Source: a virus
Lineage: Duplodnaviria > Caudoviricetes
DNA: 64,000 nucleotides
Virus record (IMG/VR): IMGVR_UViG_3300032254_000001
Coordinates: 32,001 to 96,000 of that record
Direction: 5' to 3' (one strand)
This document shows, piece after piece, positions 42,828 through 53,211 of the stretch (the first letter of the stretch is position 1; every line of letters starts with the position of its first letter). A program made the position numbers and the translations under genes. The notes beneath the pieces were generated by a model. That model saw only the letters and a list, made by a program, of their open reading frames with translations, ran no database searches and was not told the DNA's origin.

Positions 42828-43298
42828 CTACTTTCTCCAAACGTTCATATTCTACTATTGAAAGAGTGTTGCGCACAAATTCGCGGAACTCCTCTGCGGT
42901 TATATTTTTATTGTCAACGTTTGCTTCTAACGTCCTCATAAAATGTTCTGCTGGTACTGGCCTGCTCATGATTTAATCCACCGTACTAACCTAATCATTC
43001 CGTACCCAACACAACCAGCACCGAGTACAGCTAACAAAAATACCGTAAATGCAATTGTAAGTTCAATCATAAAGCGACTCCATACATGCAATTTGACTTG
43101 TGAAAGTTTCACCACAGCGGTTACTACCATTTGGAAAGTATGCCCAACCACCCGGCACTTCTTTTATCTTGCCAACTACTGTGTTGTCCAGTTTGACTTT
43201 GATAATACTTTCATGCTCGAATTTTATATCACTCATTGTTTGTTTCCTTTAGTTTCTTAAAGACATAATCTTTAGGATCAGCTGTTGCATTAATTTCA

Positions 43299-43682
43299 TT
43301 AAGCTTCCTCCAACATTCTAAATGTTACTTCTTCGTCTGTTATGATGTATCCGGAATCCAAAAGGATTTTGTTTCTTTCATCGTTAGTTAATTGTAACCA
43401 ACTCTCAACATGTGTCCAAGTACCAAAGCTGTCAGCTGGCGCACACGCTACAAGCCATTTCATCATCTCTACTATTGATCTCCAATCATTGGCAGGATGT
43501 GTGTTTCGTGCTGCACCAGCCATATCATTAGCAAAACATGCAGAATGGAAGCTGCCCGGAGGGAAGCCGCAGATAACATAATTGTATAACTCTTGCATCC
43601 ACTCATCATTCACAGGCCAGGTATAAAACGTTTTGAAAAAGCCTGATGCTTTGAGTCTGTCTGATTTACTAATATTACCCAT
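43299..43682 (-). CDS. hypothetical protein
   Basis: ORF in operon. Confidence 0.6.
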   Translation of the reverse strand: MGNISKSDRLKASGFFKTFYTWPVNDEWMQELYNYVICGFPPGSFHSACFANDMAGAARNTHPANDWRSIVEMMKWLVACAPADSFGTWTHVESWLQLTNDERNKILLDSGYIITDEEVTFRMLEEA

Positions 43683-44031
43683 TATGTTGTCCTGACAGCA
43701 TTGTCATCATCTTCATGTATTCTTGATTCGCTTTGCTGAATATCGGTACCTCAAGCAATGCGTCCTGAGATTCTGCGTCTTCGGCTATTATCGCTAGTAT
43801 TCTCTTTTTATACATTGTTGATAAAATTGGTATCAACAATGTATACATGAATGGTATAAAAATTAAGAACATTAAAAACAAGAACCATTCTTTAAAAGTC
43901 TTGTAATCCAATTCAAAAGCCGGAGCAACTACTGTATATGTCAATCCAAGCCACATCTCTTTAAACGCGAAAGAATATGTAAGACCTTCGATAATTTGTG
44001 GCTTTACATTATAAAACATCTTAGGTCCCAT
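43675..44031 (-). CDS. hypothetical membrane protein
   Basis: Hydrophobic core. Confidence 0.55.
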   Translation of the reverse strand: MGPKMFYNVKPQIIEGLTYSFAFKEMWLGLTYTVVAPAFELDYKTFKEWFLFLMFLIFIPFMYTLLIPILSTMYKKRILAIIAEDAESQDALLEVPIFSKANQEYMKMMTMLSGQHNG

Positions 44032-44291
44032 TATTTAGATCCTTGTAAATGTTCGATGAGTTTCTCTTTAAATTTCTGGAAACCATCTGCAAATTTATAA
44101 TCTTCGCTAAGTGCTGCACCAAGTCCGTACAGTATATCGTCAATTAGCATTTCATCTGGATACTTCTCGTACCCGTGTTGGTTGTTATACGTGCCAACAT
44201 AATCCTGCAAGCTTGCAACAACTTCTTCCATTGTTGGTAACGGTGATTGACCGTTAAGCCTGCGCCATGTATTTTCTTTTGCCCTGTTCAT
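44031..44291 (-). CDS. hypothetical protein
   Basis: ORF in operon. Confidence 0.55.
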   Translation of the reverse strand: MNRAKENTWRRLNGQSPLPTMEEVVASLQDYVGTYNNQHGYEKYPDEMLIDDILYGLGAALSEDYKFADGFQKFKEKLIEHLQGSK

Positions 44292-44497
44292 TATTCTGCA
44301 TCCGGAATATGTATACGTGCAACTGTAAACTCTTCTTGACAGCGAGCACATTCACCAACTACTCTAGCATGGACACGACCAATACCATCAGTAGCACCAA
44401 TCTTAACTTTAGCATATTCTTCGCCAGGTGAGTACAAACCCTTAGCGGCGTATACTGGTGGCTTATGGCCAAATACTTTACACAGTATGTTCATCAC
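44291..44497 (-). CDS. hypothetical protein
   Basis: LCKVFGHK...CARC. Confidence 0.55.
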   Translation of the reverse strand: MMNILCKVFGHKPPVYAAKGLYSPGEEYAKVKIGATDGIGRVHARVVGECARCQEEFTVARIHIPDAE

Positions 44498-44625
44498 GTT
44501 CCTTTTTAAGTTTAGCTAAGTCTCTCTGCTCTTGCTCTTTAACCAACTTTATTGCATTCATAGTAGAACGAATTAATTTAGCTTTTGACTTATTGCCAGT
44601 TAATTCGTGATACGTTAATTGGTGC

Positions 44626-44871
44626 TCAAGCGTCATGTGCTTCTTCTCTCTGACGTGCAATGTAATGGAATGGACGTTCGAACCTGCCATCTGCATTACG
44701 GTAAACAGAAATGTACATATTCTGTCCAAAGCTATCTGTTGCATGATACGAAACAGTTTCACCATTTGGTATCTCACTGGATGTATTATCCCACGTACCA
44801 GTTAGACCTTCTGAAGCAAGTGCTTCGTCAAGTGCATCGAACCAATTTTGTTTAGAAACTATCATCGTCAT
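44626..44871 (-). CDS. hypothetical protein
   Basis: ORF in operon. Confidence 0.5.
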   Translation of the reverse strand: MTMIVSKQNWFDALDEALASEGLTGTWDNTSSEIPNGETVSYHATDSFGQNMYISVYRNADGRFERPFHYIARQREEAHDA

Positions 44872-45067
44872 CCTCGTCGTCTTCTATTAGTATTTCAGCT
44901 GAGCCTGTTTCAGTACAGAATTCAACATAAATGTTTTCATCGTCTGACTTCAGGAACTTGTTAATTAAACCACGCATAACATCACGTTGTTCGTCTGTTA
45001 TATGTTCTTCAAACAAATCGTTTGAATAAACTGCTTCGGGCTTTTTAAACGATGCAATAAATTTCAT
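44852..45067 (-). CDS. hypothetical protein
   Basis: ORF in operon. Confidence 0.5.
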   Translation of the reverse strand: MKFIASFKKPEAVYSNDLFEEHITDEQRDVMRGLINKFLKSDDENIYVEFCTETGSAEILIEDDEDDDDSF

Positions 45068-45270
45068 TGCGCCTCCGCTCTAGCTTTATGATCTAATAGA
45101 GCTTCGTTCTTTAATCTTTGCAGCACATTAGTTCGTCCTGCAATTGGTGCTCCGGTGCGGCTTAGTTTAACACCGTTTATAGAAAGTAGTCTTACTTCGT
45201 TGCCATCGCTAACGACATATTCTACTGTCTGTCGTCTGCTAGCCATTATAGTTTCAAATGTATTAAACAT
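45064..45270 (-). CDS. hypothetical protein
   Basis: ORF in operon. Confidence 0.5.
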   Translation of the reverse strand: MFNTFETIMASRRQTVEYVVSDGNEVRLLSINGVKLSRTGAPIAGRTNVLQRLKNEALLDHKARAEAQ

Positions 45271-45271
45271 A

Positions 45272-46120
45272 TTAGCCTACCTTCTTTTTACAGTTTTGGT
45301 AATAACCAGCTGCTGCATGACGATCACAATTCATAACATCAGCTAATACGGTAATCATCTCTTGACGAGTAATGTCTGACTTCAATTCTTTTGCTGCTTG
45401 GTACGCGGTAACAGCGGTAGCAATTTTAGTACCTGCTTTAGGAGCTGCCGCCTTTTTAGCTGGAACATGCACTTCAGTCTTCTTACCTGAATATGATGTT
45501 ACGGTTTTTGTATGACCTTTAGGAGCTGCCTTAGCTGGTGCAGCTTTAGGAGTCATAAACTCTGGAGTTTTATGGTCCATTGCTTCCGCAGTAGTCATCT
45601 TACCTAATGCTTCTTTGTGTACTAACTTAGCACCTTTGCACTTGTTATGTGAATAATTTGCGCGTCCACGTAACATCTTGTTATGGCGAACTGAGCTAAG
45701 AACAATCTCTTGACCACAACCTTCACATACATAAATGTGTTTCGCTTTTGGCATTGCTACCTTGCTCACATCCATTGCATGAGTGCGATCTGGGTTAACA
45801 CCAATCGCTTGCATAACCTTCTTCCAGTAGTAACCATGTGCTGAATTGCGACCTGGGCCACGACCGTAAATATGTTCTTTTAGTAAATGAGCAACTTCAT
45901 GTGGGATAACTTGGTTCATGTATTCGTCCCAGTTATCAACCATAAGACCTGCGTTGAAATTCAACTCCATTTGTGCGTACCATGCAGTGCCACCACATGT
46001 GCCACGCTTATCAAATTTAACATAAGGACCTTCAAGATCAGTACCAAGTACTTCATTACCTAGTGCAACAAAGTGATCAACTCTTTCGTATACTTCGCTT
46101 TTTTGTGCTAATGTCAACAT
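45272..46120 (-). CDS. SprT-like zinc metalloprotease with zinc ribbon and Lys/Ala-rich tail
   Basis: HEVAH, HG..WK.VM, YVCEGCG. Confidence 0.85.
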   Translation of the reverse strand: MLTLAQKSEVYERVDHFVALGNEVLGTDLEGPYVKFDKRGTCGGTAWYAQMELNFNAGLMVDNWDEYMNQVIPHEVAHLLKEHIYGRGPGRNSAHGYYWKKVMQAIGVNPDRTHAMDVSKVAMPKAKHIYVCEGCGQEIVLSSVRHNKMLRGRANYSHNKCKGAKLVHKEALGKMTTAEAMDHKTPEFMTPKAAPAKAAPKGHTKTVTSYSGKKTEVHVPAKKAAAPKAGTKIATAVTAYQAAKELKSDITRQEMITVLADVMNCDRHAAAGYYQNCKKKVG

Positions 46121-46157
46121 GTATTGTACCTTTGCTCGTTATCTAACTGTTATATAC

Positions 46158-46186
46158 ATTATATGATTTTATAGCCGAAAGGTCAA
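46158..46186 (-). promoter_or_regulatory. early sigma70-type promoter
   Basis: TTGACC-17-TATAAT. Confidence 0.85.
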
Positions 46187-46261
46187 CCTTTTTAGGAAAA
46201 TACATCCTTAAGGATTTCAAGAGGTTAGCAGTTTTTGTGAAAAAAGATTATCCTACTGTAA

Positions 46262-46300
46262 AATCAATGACTTAGCAGAATAGTGAAAATCAATGACTTA
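46262..46300 (+). promoter_or_regulatory. two IHF-consensus boxes
   Basis: AATCAATGACTTA at 46262 and 46288. Confidence 0.75.
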
Positions 46301-46315
46301 CGTCACCTTTGTAAG

Positions 46316-46657
46316 CTATTCGTTGATCAGTTCCAGATATCTGTCAAAACTAGGGTACATTCTGATCATTGTTGCTAGCTGTTCGCTATATATTGTGATT
46401 TGCGATGCTGAGTAATCAGCATAGAACGGAGTCCTTAGCTTAACCAAACGTTTAAGCCCTGCTCCTGTGTTGCTTAGTGTACAATCAAAGGTAAATGGTT
46501 TTAGCACTATCCCAACTGCCGCATTGCCTGCGCTGGTTAAACGTGCTGATTGATTGTTACCGTAGTCGCGCCACCACCATACTTTGAGAGCGTATTCAAA
46601 ACTAATGTTTACACCTAATTCTTCGAGTACGGCTGCGGTGATGGCCTTCTTGTCCAT
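46316..46657 (-). CDS. hypothetical protein
   Basis: ORF in operon. Confidence 0.65.
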   Translation of the reverse strand: MDKKAITAAVLEELGVNISFEYALKVWWWRDYGNNQSARLTSAGNAAVGIVLKPFTFDCTLSNTGAGLKRLVKLRTPFYADYSASQITIYSEQLATMIRMYPSFDRYLELINE

Positions 46658-46944
46658 TACGGATAGACAGTGTCGCCTGCGGTTAACTTAACAACACTGA
46701 AGTCTTCCGTTTGGAATTGCCTGTTAAGTTTCTTGGCAAGGTTGATTGCGTGTCCTGGGTTACTAAACGAAACCTTCTTGTACTTAGGACCAGGATATTG
46801 GATAAGCATGTTCTGCGTTTTTATATTAATTGGGCGGTCTTGAAAATACACAGCCCATATGCCATCGCTCGCTAATACTTGATCTGTCTTGTAAGTAGCC
46901 TTGTTAGTAAGTTCTGTTAAAATTGTTGGTCTTGGTCTTGCCAA
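46657..46944 (-). CDS. hypothetical protein
   Basis: PGPKYKKVSFSNPGHAINLAKKLN. Confidence 0.7.
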   Translation of the reverse strand: MARPRPTILTELTNKATYKTDQVLASDGIWAVYFQDRPINIKTQNMLIQYPGPKYKKVSFSNPGHAINLAKKLNRQFQTEDFSVVKLTAGDTVYP

Positions 46945-46999
46945 TTGTAAATCCTCATGCTTATACTTTATTTATCTTAAAAAGTACGTACATAACCAT

Positions 47000-47206
47000 T
47001 TACTTGAAATCACCGCCTGAAACTTCTATTTTCTGAATAGTATTATCATCGGATTTATTAGATTGTAATTCCTGCAAGACAAGAAGCAACTTAGTGATGT
47101 CGCCGTGCAAGTCCTTTGCTTCCTGAATAGATAACGACACTGCCTTCATTCTCTTAGACTCTGCCATCTTTATTTTATCAATGAATCTGTTTATATGAAT
47201 GCTCAT
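47000..47206 (-). CDS. hypothetical protein
   Basis: ORF in operon. Confidence 0.6.
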   Translation of the reverse strand: MSIHINRFIDKIKMAESKRMKAVSLSIQEAKDLHGDITKLLLVLQELQSNKSDDNTIQKIEVSGGDFK

Positions 47207-47679
47207 TCGAATATAGTGTTAAATTGGTTTAAGCCAGGATTCGTCTTGTACGGTCCTTTGTATTCATGACGCTGCAATGTAATAAGTTTAGGGCAGTACT
47301 GCACAATCCAAGTGCCATTGATACTAACTTTATAATAACCAGCAGCGAACCACGACTTACTATCATCAGTCTGTGTAAACAAAGGCAAAGCGTATTGCAC
47401 ATTCCATACAGCATTATAAGCTAGTCCATCTGTAGGAAATCCGTGTGCATCCTCTGAGATGGTTGCACGTGGCTTAGGTAATTCACTAAACTCAAACAGC
47501 CCAGACTCTTTTACATCAGTTAATGATTTAAAATCTCTTGCTGTGCTACCATGTATCTTAACTTCTATTTCATTGTTGGACTTTGTTTTTATCTGTCCAA
47601 TCTTTATATTATTTTGTTGTAAGATCCAGAACTCATCCTTTACGACTGATTTTGCTCTAATCTTCTGTAAGTCTTCCAT
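47203..47679 (-). CDS. hypothetical protein
   Basis: WFAAGYY..FCPKLITL-like motif; start uncertain. Confidence 0.6.
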   Translation of the reverse strand: MEDLQKIRAKSVVKDEFWILQQNNIKIGQIKTKSNNEIEVKIHGSTARDFKSLTDVKESGLFEFSELPKPRATISEDAHGFPTDGLAYNAVWNVQYALPLFTQTDDSKSWFAAGYYKVSINGTWIVQYCPKLITLQRHEYKGPYKTNPGLNQFNTIFE

Positions 47680-48713
47680 TCATCTACCCCTGTTAAATTT
47701 GTAATATGACCCTTGTACGGTTTCATCATCCACTTAATAATATCGCCTGGGTGTTCCGATAACTTAACTAAGTCATGTACACCGCAGAACTTCATAAACT
47801 GAAAGTTGATATCTGTTGCTGGGATATGCTTTACTGCACTAATCAATAATTCGTTAATAATAGTCTCGTCAACCATGTCTTTAATTTCATCTGGCTGTAG
47901 AGTTAAATCGATTAACCTACGATTGCGTTCGTAATCGTCAAGAACTTTGTGTTCAACATCGTTGTGGTCTGTCCAACGCTGTAGCATTAAGTTATTCCAA
48001 TTATAGCCTTTCTTATCTTTATCAGCGAATGCTTCTAGAAGGCCTGTTTTATTCTTTGTGCCCTTTTTACGTACACCTGGATATGCACTAAACACGTTGT
48101 CTGACTTATCACCACGGATACATTTTTCAAATAGTAACCATTGTGGGTCTCCAATAACTTTGTGCTCCTGTGTCTTCTTATCGATAACGTGTCTGCCGTT
48201 ATCGTCGAAGTTACCCTCAGGTGTAATCATTTCTTTTGTTATACCATTGTACATGTGTACCTTATCTGTGATAAGCTGGTAATAGTCTGTGTCGCTGCTT
48301 AGTATAACATGCTCATCGTCTGGGTGCAATGCAATGAATCTAGCAATAACATCATCAGCTTCAGCGCCAGGTGCTGAAATAACAGAACAGTTAGTCTTAT
48401 CATTTAAGTAAGTTACAAAGGCATTGTATACTTCAAAGTACAAATCATCTTCTTCAATTTCTGTTTCTGTGCGCTTCTGTCTTTCAGCTGCACGTTGTTT
48501 CTTGTAAGGTTCATAATAAGTCTTACGCCAGTTATTGCCACCTTCTAGTGCAAACAAAACGTGGTCAGTGCCATCGCGCTTTATTAGCTTGTTAGCTGCG
48601 GCTAGCATCATGTGCATACTAAGACCTAACTTATCCGATATATCAGCGCCACGGTGTACTGTGTGTCGTGCGCGGAAGAATAAGTTCATTGTGTCTACTA
48701 AAATATATTTCAT
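47640..48713 (-). CDS. rnh: T4-type RNase H / 5'-3' exonuclease
   Basis: ILVDTMNLFFRA, EADDVIA, SSDTDY.QL, GDKSDNV. Confidence 0.88.
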   Translation of the reverse strand: MKYILVDTMNLFFRARHTVHRGADISDKLGLSMHMMLAAANKLIKRDGTDHVLFALEGGNNWRKTYYEPYKKQRAAERQKRTETEIEEDDLYFEVYNAFVTYLNDKTNCSVISAPGAEADDVIARFIALHPDDEHVILSSDTDYYQLITDKVHMYNGITKEMITPEGNFDDNGRHVIDKKTQEHKVIGDPQWLLFEKCIRGDKSDNVFSAYPGVRKKGTKNKTGLLEAFADKDKKGYNWNNLMLQRWTDHNDVEHKVLDDYERNRRLIDLTLQPDEIKDMVDETIINELLISAVKHIPATDINFQFMKFCGVHDLVKLSEHPGDIIKWMMKPYKGHITNLTGVDEWKTYRRLEQNQS

Positions 48714-48715
48714 TG

Positions 48716-49315
48716 TTATACCATCTTGTTATCTGTTATGTGTTGTATTAAACGTCTTGCCCATGCTGCATGAGCTTCAGCGCCGTAGTGTTCGTTAGAT
48801 GTAATAACGGTACTGTAGCCATTTAATTGCAACCAGCCATCAAATGATTCTTCGGGGAGATATGGGTTGATGTAACACTCTCCAAAGTCATAGCGTTCAT
48901 CTTCTGGAATGTCTAAAAAGTTATCCTTGCCATTAAAGAAGATATGCTTAATGCCTAGCTTCTTCAAGTACAAATGAAATCCTTCTATTACCTCAAGTGT
49001 ATTGAATATATCTAGCCTCCAATCACACCACTGGATAATCATAAACATATCCGAGGCTGGAACGATATCAGCTTTCTCTTCGATCCATTCCTTTGTTGTT
49101 TTTATAATACGTGCATTGCTACTTTCGCTTTCTGCGTCGGTAACGAATGTCATCTTTAATAAGTTTGCAAGTACAGCTCCATATGATACTTTGATATTCT
49201 CAGGGTGCGGTGCATTTTTCAGATGAACATAGCGATGTTCATCACTAGCATATGAAAATGAATTAATTGCTTCTGCTGCCGCTGTATGACTACCACCGTT
49301 TACGTAGAGCATCAT
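48716..49315 (-). CDS. SGNH-like hypothetical protein
   Basis: LYVNGGSHT, ESSNARI, H..AEAHAAWA. Confidence 0.55.
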   Translation of the reverse strand: MMLYVNGGSHTAAAEAINSFSYASDEHRYVHLKNAPHPENIKVSYGAVLANLLKMTFVTDAESESSNARIIKTTKEWIEEKADIVPASDMFMIIQWCDWRLDIFNTLEVIEGFHLYLKKLGIKHIFFNGKDNFLDIPEDERYDFGECYINPYLPEESFDGWLQLNGYSTVITSNEHYGAEAHAAWARRLIQHITDNKMV

Positions 49316-49319
49316 TTGA

Positions 49320-49583
49320 CTAATCTCCGTACTTTTCCAAACGAGCAATTTCTGCTTCGATGTAGTACTTGATTTTCTTAGCGTCACGGATCTTTTCTGA
49401 ATGTGCTACTTGTCCGTATCTGTACCATGCGCGACCAATCTCGCCCATCTGCGCGTTCATGTTCTTGTAGCTAATTAAGTCTTGTAGTTCTTTAGCTTCT
49501 GCTGGTAATTCATAATAGCTTGCTGTGCTACCGTCACTTTTCACCTTTACGAGATTATCGTTTTCGTCTGTTGTATGTGCCAT
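49320..49583 (-). CDS. hypothetical protein
   Basis: SDGSTASYYELP. Confidence 0.6.
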   Translation of the reverse strand: MAHTTDENDNLVKVKSDGSTASYYELPAEAKELQDLISYKNMNAQMGEIGRAWYRYGQVAHSEKIRDAKKIKYYIEAEIARLEKYGD

Positions 49584-49590
49584 TTTATTC

Positions 49591-49779
49591 TCATTTGTAT
49601 ATATTCTTCAACGTATCTACATGATACGTAACTCCGCATTCTCTACAGAATGTGAAGCCCATTGCATTATATGCAAACCTATGATTGCCGCATACACGGC
49701 ATTTAAATCCTTTTTCTATAAGTAGATCAAGCTTTAACCCAACGGTTTCAAGATCCGGATTCGCTGCTTTCTTTGTCAT
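49591..49779 (-). CDS. zinc-ribbon hypothetical protein
   Basis: CRVCG..CRECG. Confidence 0.45.
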   Translation of the reverse strand: MTKKAANPDLETVGLKLDLLIEKGFKCRVCGNHRFAYNAMGFTFCRECGVTYHVDTLKNIYK

Positions 49780-50179
49780 TTTTTTCGTTTTCCTCGTCGA
49801 GGTATTCCTGAGCTGGATCAGGACAGTATGTTTCCATTACGTCCAACAATGCTTTAGCAATATCAAATTGTGCTGCCATTGTTGAGTACGTAACAAGCCG
49901 ACGAATCTCATCAGCTATACCAGTACGTGCTGCGCTATTTGCTAGATTCAGCTGAACAGTAATACCAGCTTCACGCAGGCTGCGAATGTGTTCAGTGTAT
50001 CTAGGTTCAAGAACAGTACTATGAACTTTTATAGTTTCTGCGTGTCCTGGAGTCACACGTTCAACAAGATCCTTAGCTTCTTTAAGGCCAAGTTGAGCAA
50101 GTCCGCGAACTGCTTTAATGCAGGCTATCTTGTTTTCCATATCCTTAACGGTTCTAACTGAAAGTACAACTGTTCTCAT
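49748..50179 (-). CDS. ribosomal protein L7/L12 C-terminal-domain protein
   Basis: KIACIKAVRGLAQLGLKEAKDLVE. Confidence 0.8.
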   Translation of the reverse strand: MRTVVLSVRTVKDMENKIACIKAVRGLAQLGLKEAKDLVERVTPGHAETIKVHSTVLEPRYTEHIRSLREAGITVQLNLANSAARTGIADEIRRLVTYSTMAAQFDIAKALLDVMETYCPDPAQEYLDEENEKNDKESSESGS

Positions 50180-50187
50180 AATGATAC

Positions 50188-50595
50188 CTATTTGTATTCG
50201 CGACGTCCGCCGCCTAAGTCTGTTCTGTTACCTGGATCTGCTTTATCTTGTTCGAATGTCTCAAGTACTACATTTCTGCATACATCAGTAAACCACTGGT
50301 CGACTAAGTCTGCATCTTCTTTACCTTGGTATCCAAATCGCATTAACTGTGCAATGAACTTTTCATTCCAGTCTAGCTCAAATGCGCCATCGGATAAGTT
50401 ATTATAATCTACGTCCATAGTGACAATAGCAACCCACGGTTCGCCACGTGTTGTTGCTGCTGCTTTTTCTTTTTCAAGTTGTGATAAATGATCTTCGATT
50501 TCTTTCTTTGAACGCTTTTTAACTTTAACTGGTTCTGGACTGTTAACATCCTTATTTCGCAATACCTTCCATGCGGCTTTAACTGTTTTAAACAT
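50188..50595 (-). CDS. hypothetical protein
   Basis: GAFELDWN.KFI..L...GY. Confidence 0.65.
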   Translation of the reverse strand: MFKTVKAAWKVLRNKDVNSPEPVKVKKRSKKEIEDHLSQLEKEKAAATTRGEPWVAIVTMDVDYNNLSDGAFELDWNEKFIAQLMRFGYQGKEDADLVDQWFTDVCRNVVLETFEQDKADPGNRTDLGGGRREYK

Positions 50596-53211
50596 TTATT
50601 CTACCTGACCTTGTAATTTTAAATATGTGTACTGGCGTGGAGTCAACCAGTAGGTATCAGTTGGCCACTGATACAGTTCTTCACCTGTTACCATTTTCTG
50701 GAATGGCCAAATGATTTGTTTTGAGTCTGTGCATCTTTTAATAGTAAGACCGTTGCGCACCATTTTCCAATGTGCATTATATTTGTATACGTTAATTGAC
50801 ATGTCTAGTCCAACATCTGCAGATTCTGTGCCCCAGTACTGTGTCATTATATTTCACCCTTTAAACGCGCAATGATAAATTCATCTTTATCGACCCAATG
50901 TTCACAAAAGTTATCTTTGTAAACATACGCTTCGGACATCATGTTTATTTGTTTACCCGATAATATACACTTCTTTGGCCATAGCGTTACTGTTAGCATC
51001 CATTTATTATACGCTTCTTGGCGTGGTTCGTCAACCGATCCCATCACGAGTTTACTCTATCCCAGCGCCTGCCACCTTCGAGCTTTGCAAATAAAAATTC
51101 TTCTTTTGAAACTTGACGTACTTCTGGCGGAGACCATTTAGATTTAAGTAACTTATGTGTTCGTGTACCTATGTACATTTGTGGAAAGAATCCAGTCCAA
51201 GTTAATGTTGCATAGCACACACGAGGTAAGATGAATCGTTTTAATTCCCACTCAAACTCACCTTCCATTTCTTTTATAAATGCATTTAGTTCGTCTAAGT
51301 CATGATGTGACATTGCCATTACAGATTACCTCTTACACCTTCAAACATAAACGTTTCTCGAGATACCCACTTCTCAATGAGTAGGTCTTCGTAAGGACCT
51401 CGTATAATCTGATAGCCCCTGTACGCCTCGGAGAACATTGGCAGGCGCTTGCCTGTAATGCAATCCTTACGTGGCCAAGCAGTCCAAGTCTTTTCCCACG
51501 TAAACTCTTTCGGTTCCCATTCTTTGCGGATTGCTTCGATGTCGAAGTCACACACTTATAAATTGCCTTTTAACTTTTCAAACATATACGATTCTGATGA
51601 TAACCAGCGTACAAGAAGTAAATCCTCACCCGGGCCAGAAATAATTCTATATCCTCTGTAAGCTACTGAGAACCATGGCATGCGTTTACGTGAAAGACGA
51701 CACCTGCGTGGCCAAGCAGTCCAAGTCTTTTTCCATGTGAAACGTGACATATTTCTAATAGCTTCTTGAGTAAAGCGGTCACCTTGTATTACAGAATCCA
51801 CTGGCATTATATATTACCTTTTAACTTTTGTATAATAAACTGGTCTTCGTTCAACCAAGCAATTGCATAGCTTCCAGCCGCCCTTTCCGTCCCGTATCCG
51901 TATGCTGGATCTGTGGTATGTCCGATTGCAACTACACCGTACCAGCACTTCTGCAAAGGCCAAATCCATTTGCCACTTGCATTGCATCTACGGAACCACG
52001 GGCTCTTCATTGTGCGCCACCGTTTGTGATCGCTGAACAGGATTGACATTAGCATCCCGTCAGACGCCGGTTCCATCTTAGGTATGTACTTCCAATCCTC
52101 AGGACATTTCCAACCCATTATATTCTATTAGTAAGAGTCCTGAAGGTGTATGCCTTTGCAGACAACCACTCAGTCTTACCATCGTCCGGTGAAGGTCGAG
52201 TATGCAGTTTTGTATAGGCTTTAGTTAAAGGCCATATAATTGCATTAGTGTCAACACATCGATGAAAGCCCAAAGCAAGTGTTTCGCTCCAAGACCATCT
52301 AGGTTTGTTTGTGTCTTCTTGGTCGCAACTGCAACCACCGATCCATTCTGTAATCATATCACCCTCTTCTCTTACAGGCATTATATCTGCCCCCTTAGTC
52401 GTCTTATTGTAAACTCTTCTTTTGTTAACCATATCACTTGTGGATAGATAACAAATTCTATTTGGTCTGCTGGCATCTCTGGACACAGTGATTTAACACC
52501 TTTGTATGCTTTCATGCCCGGGTAAATTGTTTTACCACATCCAAAACAGGTCTGCGGTGTAAACACACGCTTAAATGTCCATTCGAAATATTCTACTGGC
52601 TCATCATTACTAAATTTTTTCTGTAGCGTTTCTCTAGCTACGCGCTGTTTAATTATCTTCATCTTCTCTTGAAGAATAAGATTCATGCGCTCTATACGTT
52701 TATCGATATCGTTCCTGATCTTCTCAACTTTAATCTGGACCTCGTCACGACTGCTCACGCTTCACCTTTAAGCTTTAACAGCATATAGCCTTTGTTAGAC
52801 ACCCAACTAAAATCTGTTACTATGTTGCCTTGGTACTCGTAGTTCATCCACCTGCGATGTGCTTTAGTAAGGAAGCCAATACGTTCGCCTGTTACTTTGC
52901 ACTTAACTGGCCACAATGTAATACCTTTTGACCAAATAACAATTGGATGTAACTCAACTCTTGTCATAGTTGTATCCTTTAAGCTTCTGTATAACAAGTT
53001 CTTTTGGTGTTGTCCAGAAAGCAACATATTCCATGTACATTATGCTTGTTGGTCCGTAGCTAGAAATAGGACGACTCCTGCATACCTTTGTAAATGGCAT
53101 AAGCCACTTGCCAGTAAACAGGCACCTGTGCGGAAACAGCATTACTGGTTCATCCCACACACGATGCGCGAGAGAGATATCACCATAGTATGTAGAGACT
53201 ACGTTCCCCAT
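50596..53211 (-). repeat. tandem array of 10 paralogous small ORFs (starts 50847, 51047, 51319, 51555, 51807, 52118, 52486, 52758, 53027, 53211)
   Basis: Shared W-P-x-x-C-x-x-[ST]GK-x-I..AY and C-terminal W..E[FY]..[KR]L[KR]G motifs. Confidence 0.8.
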
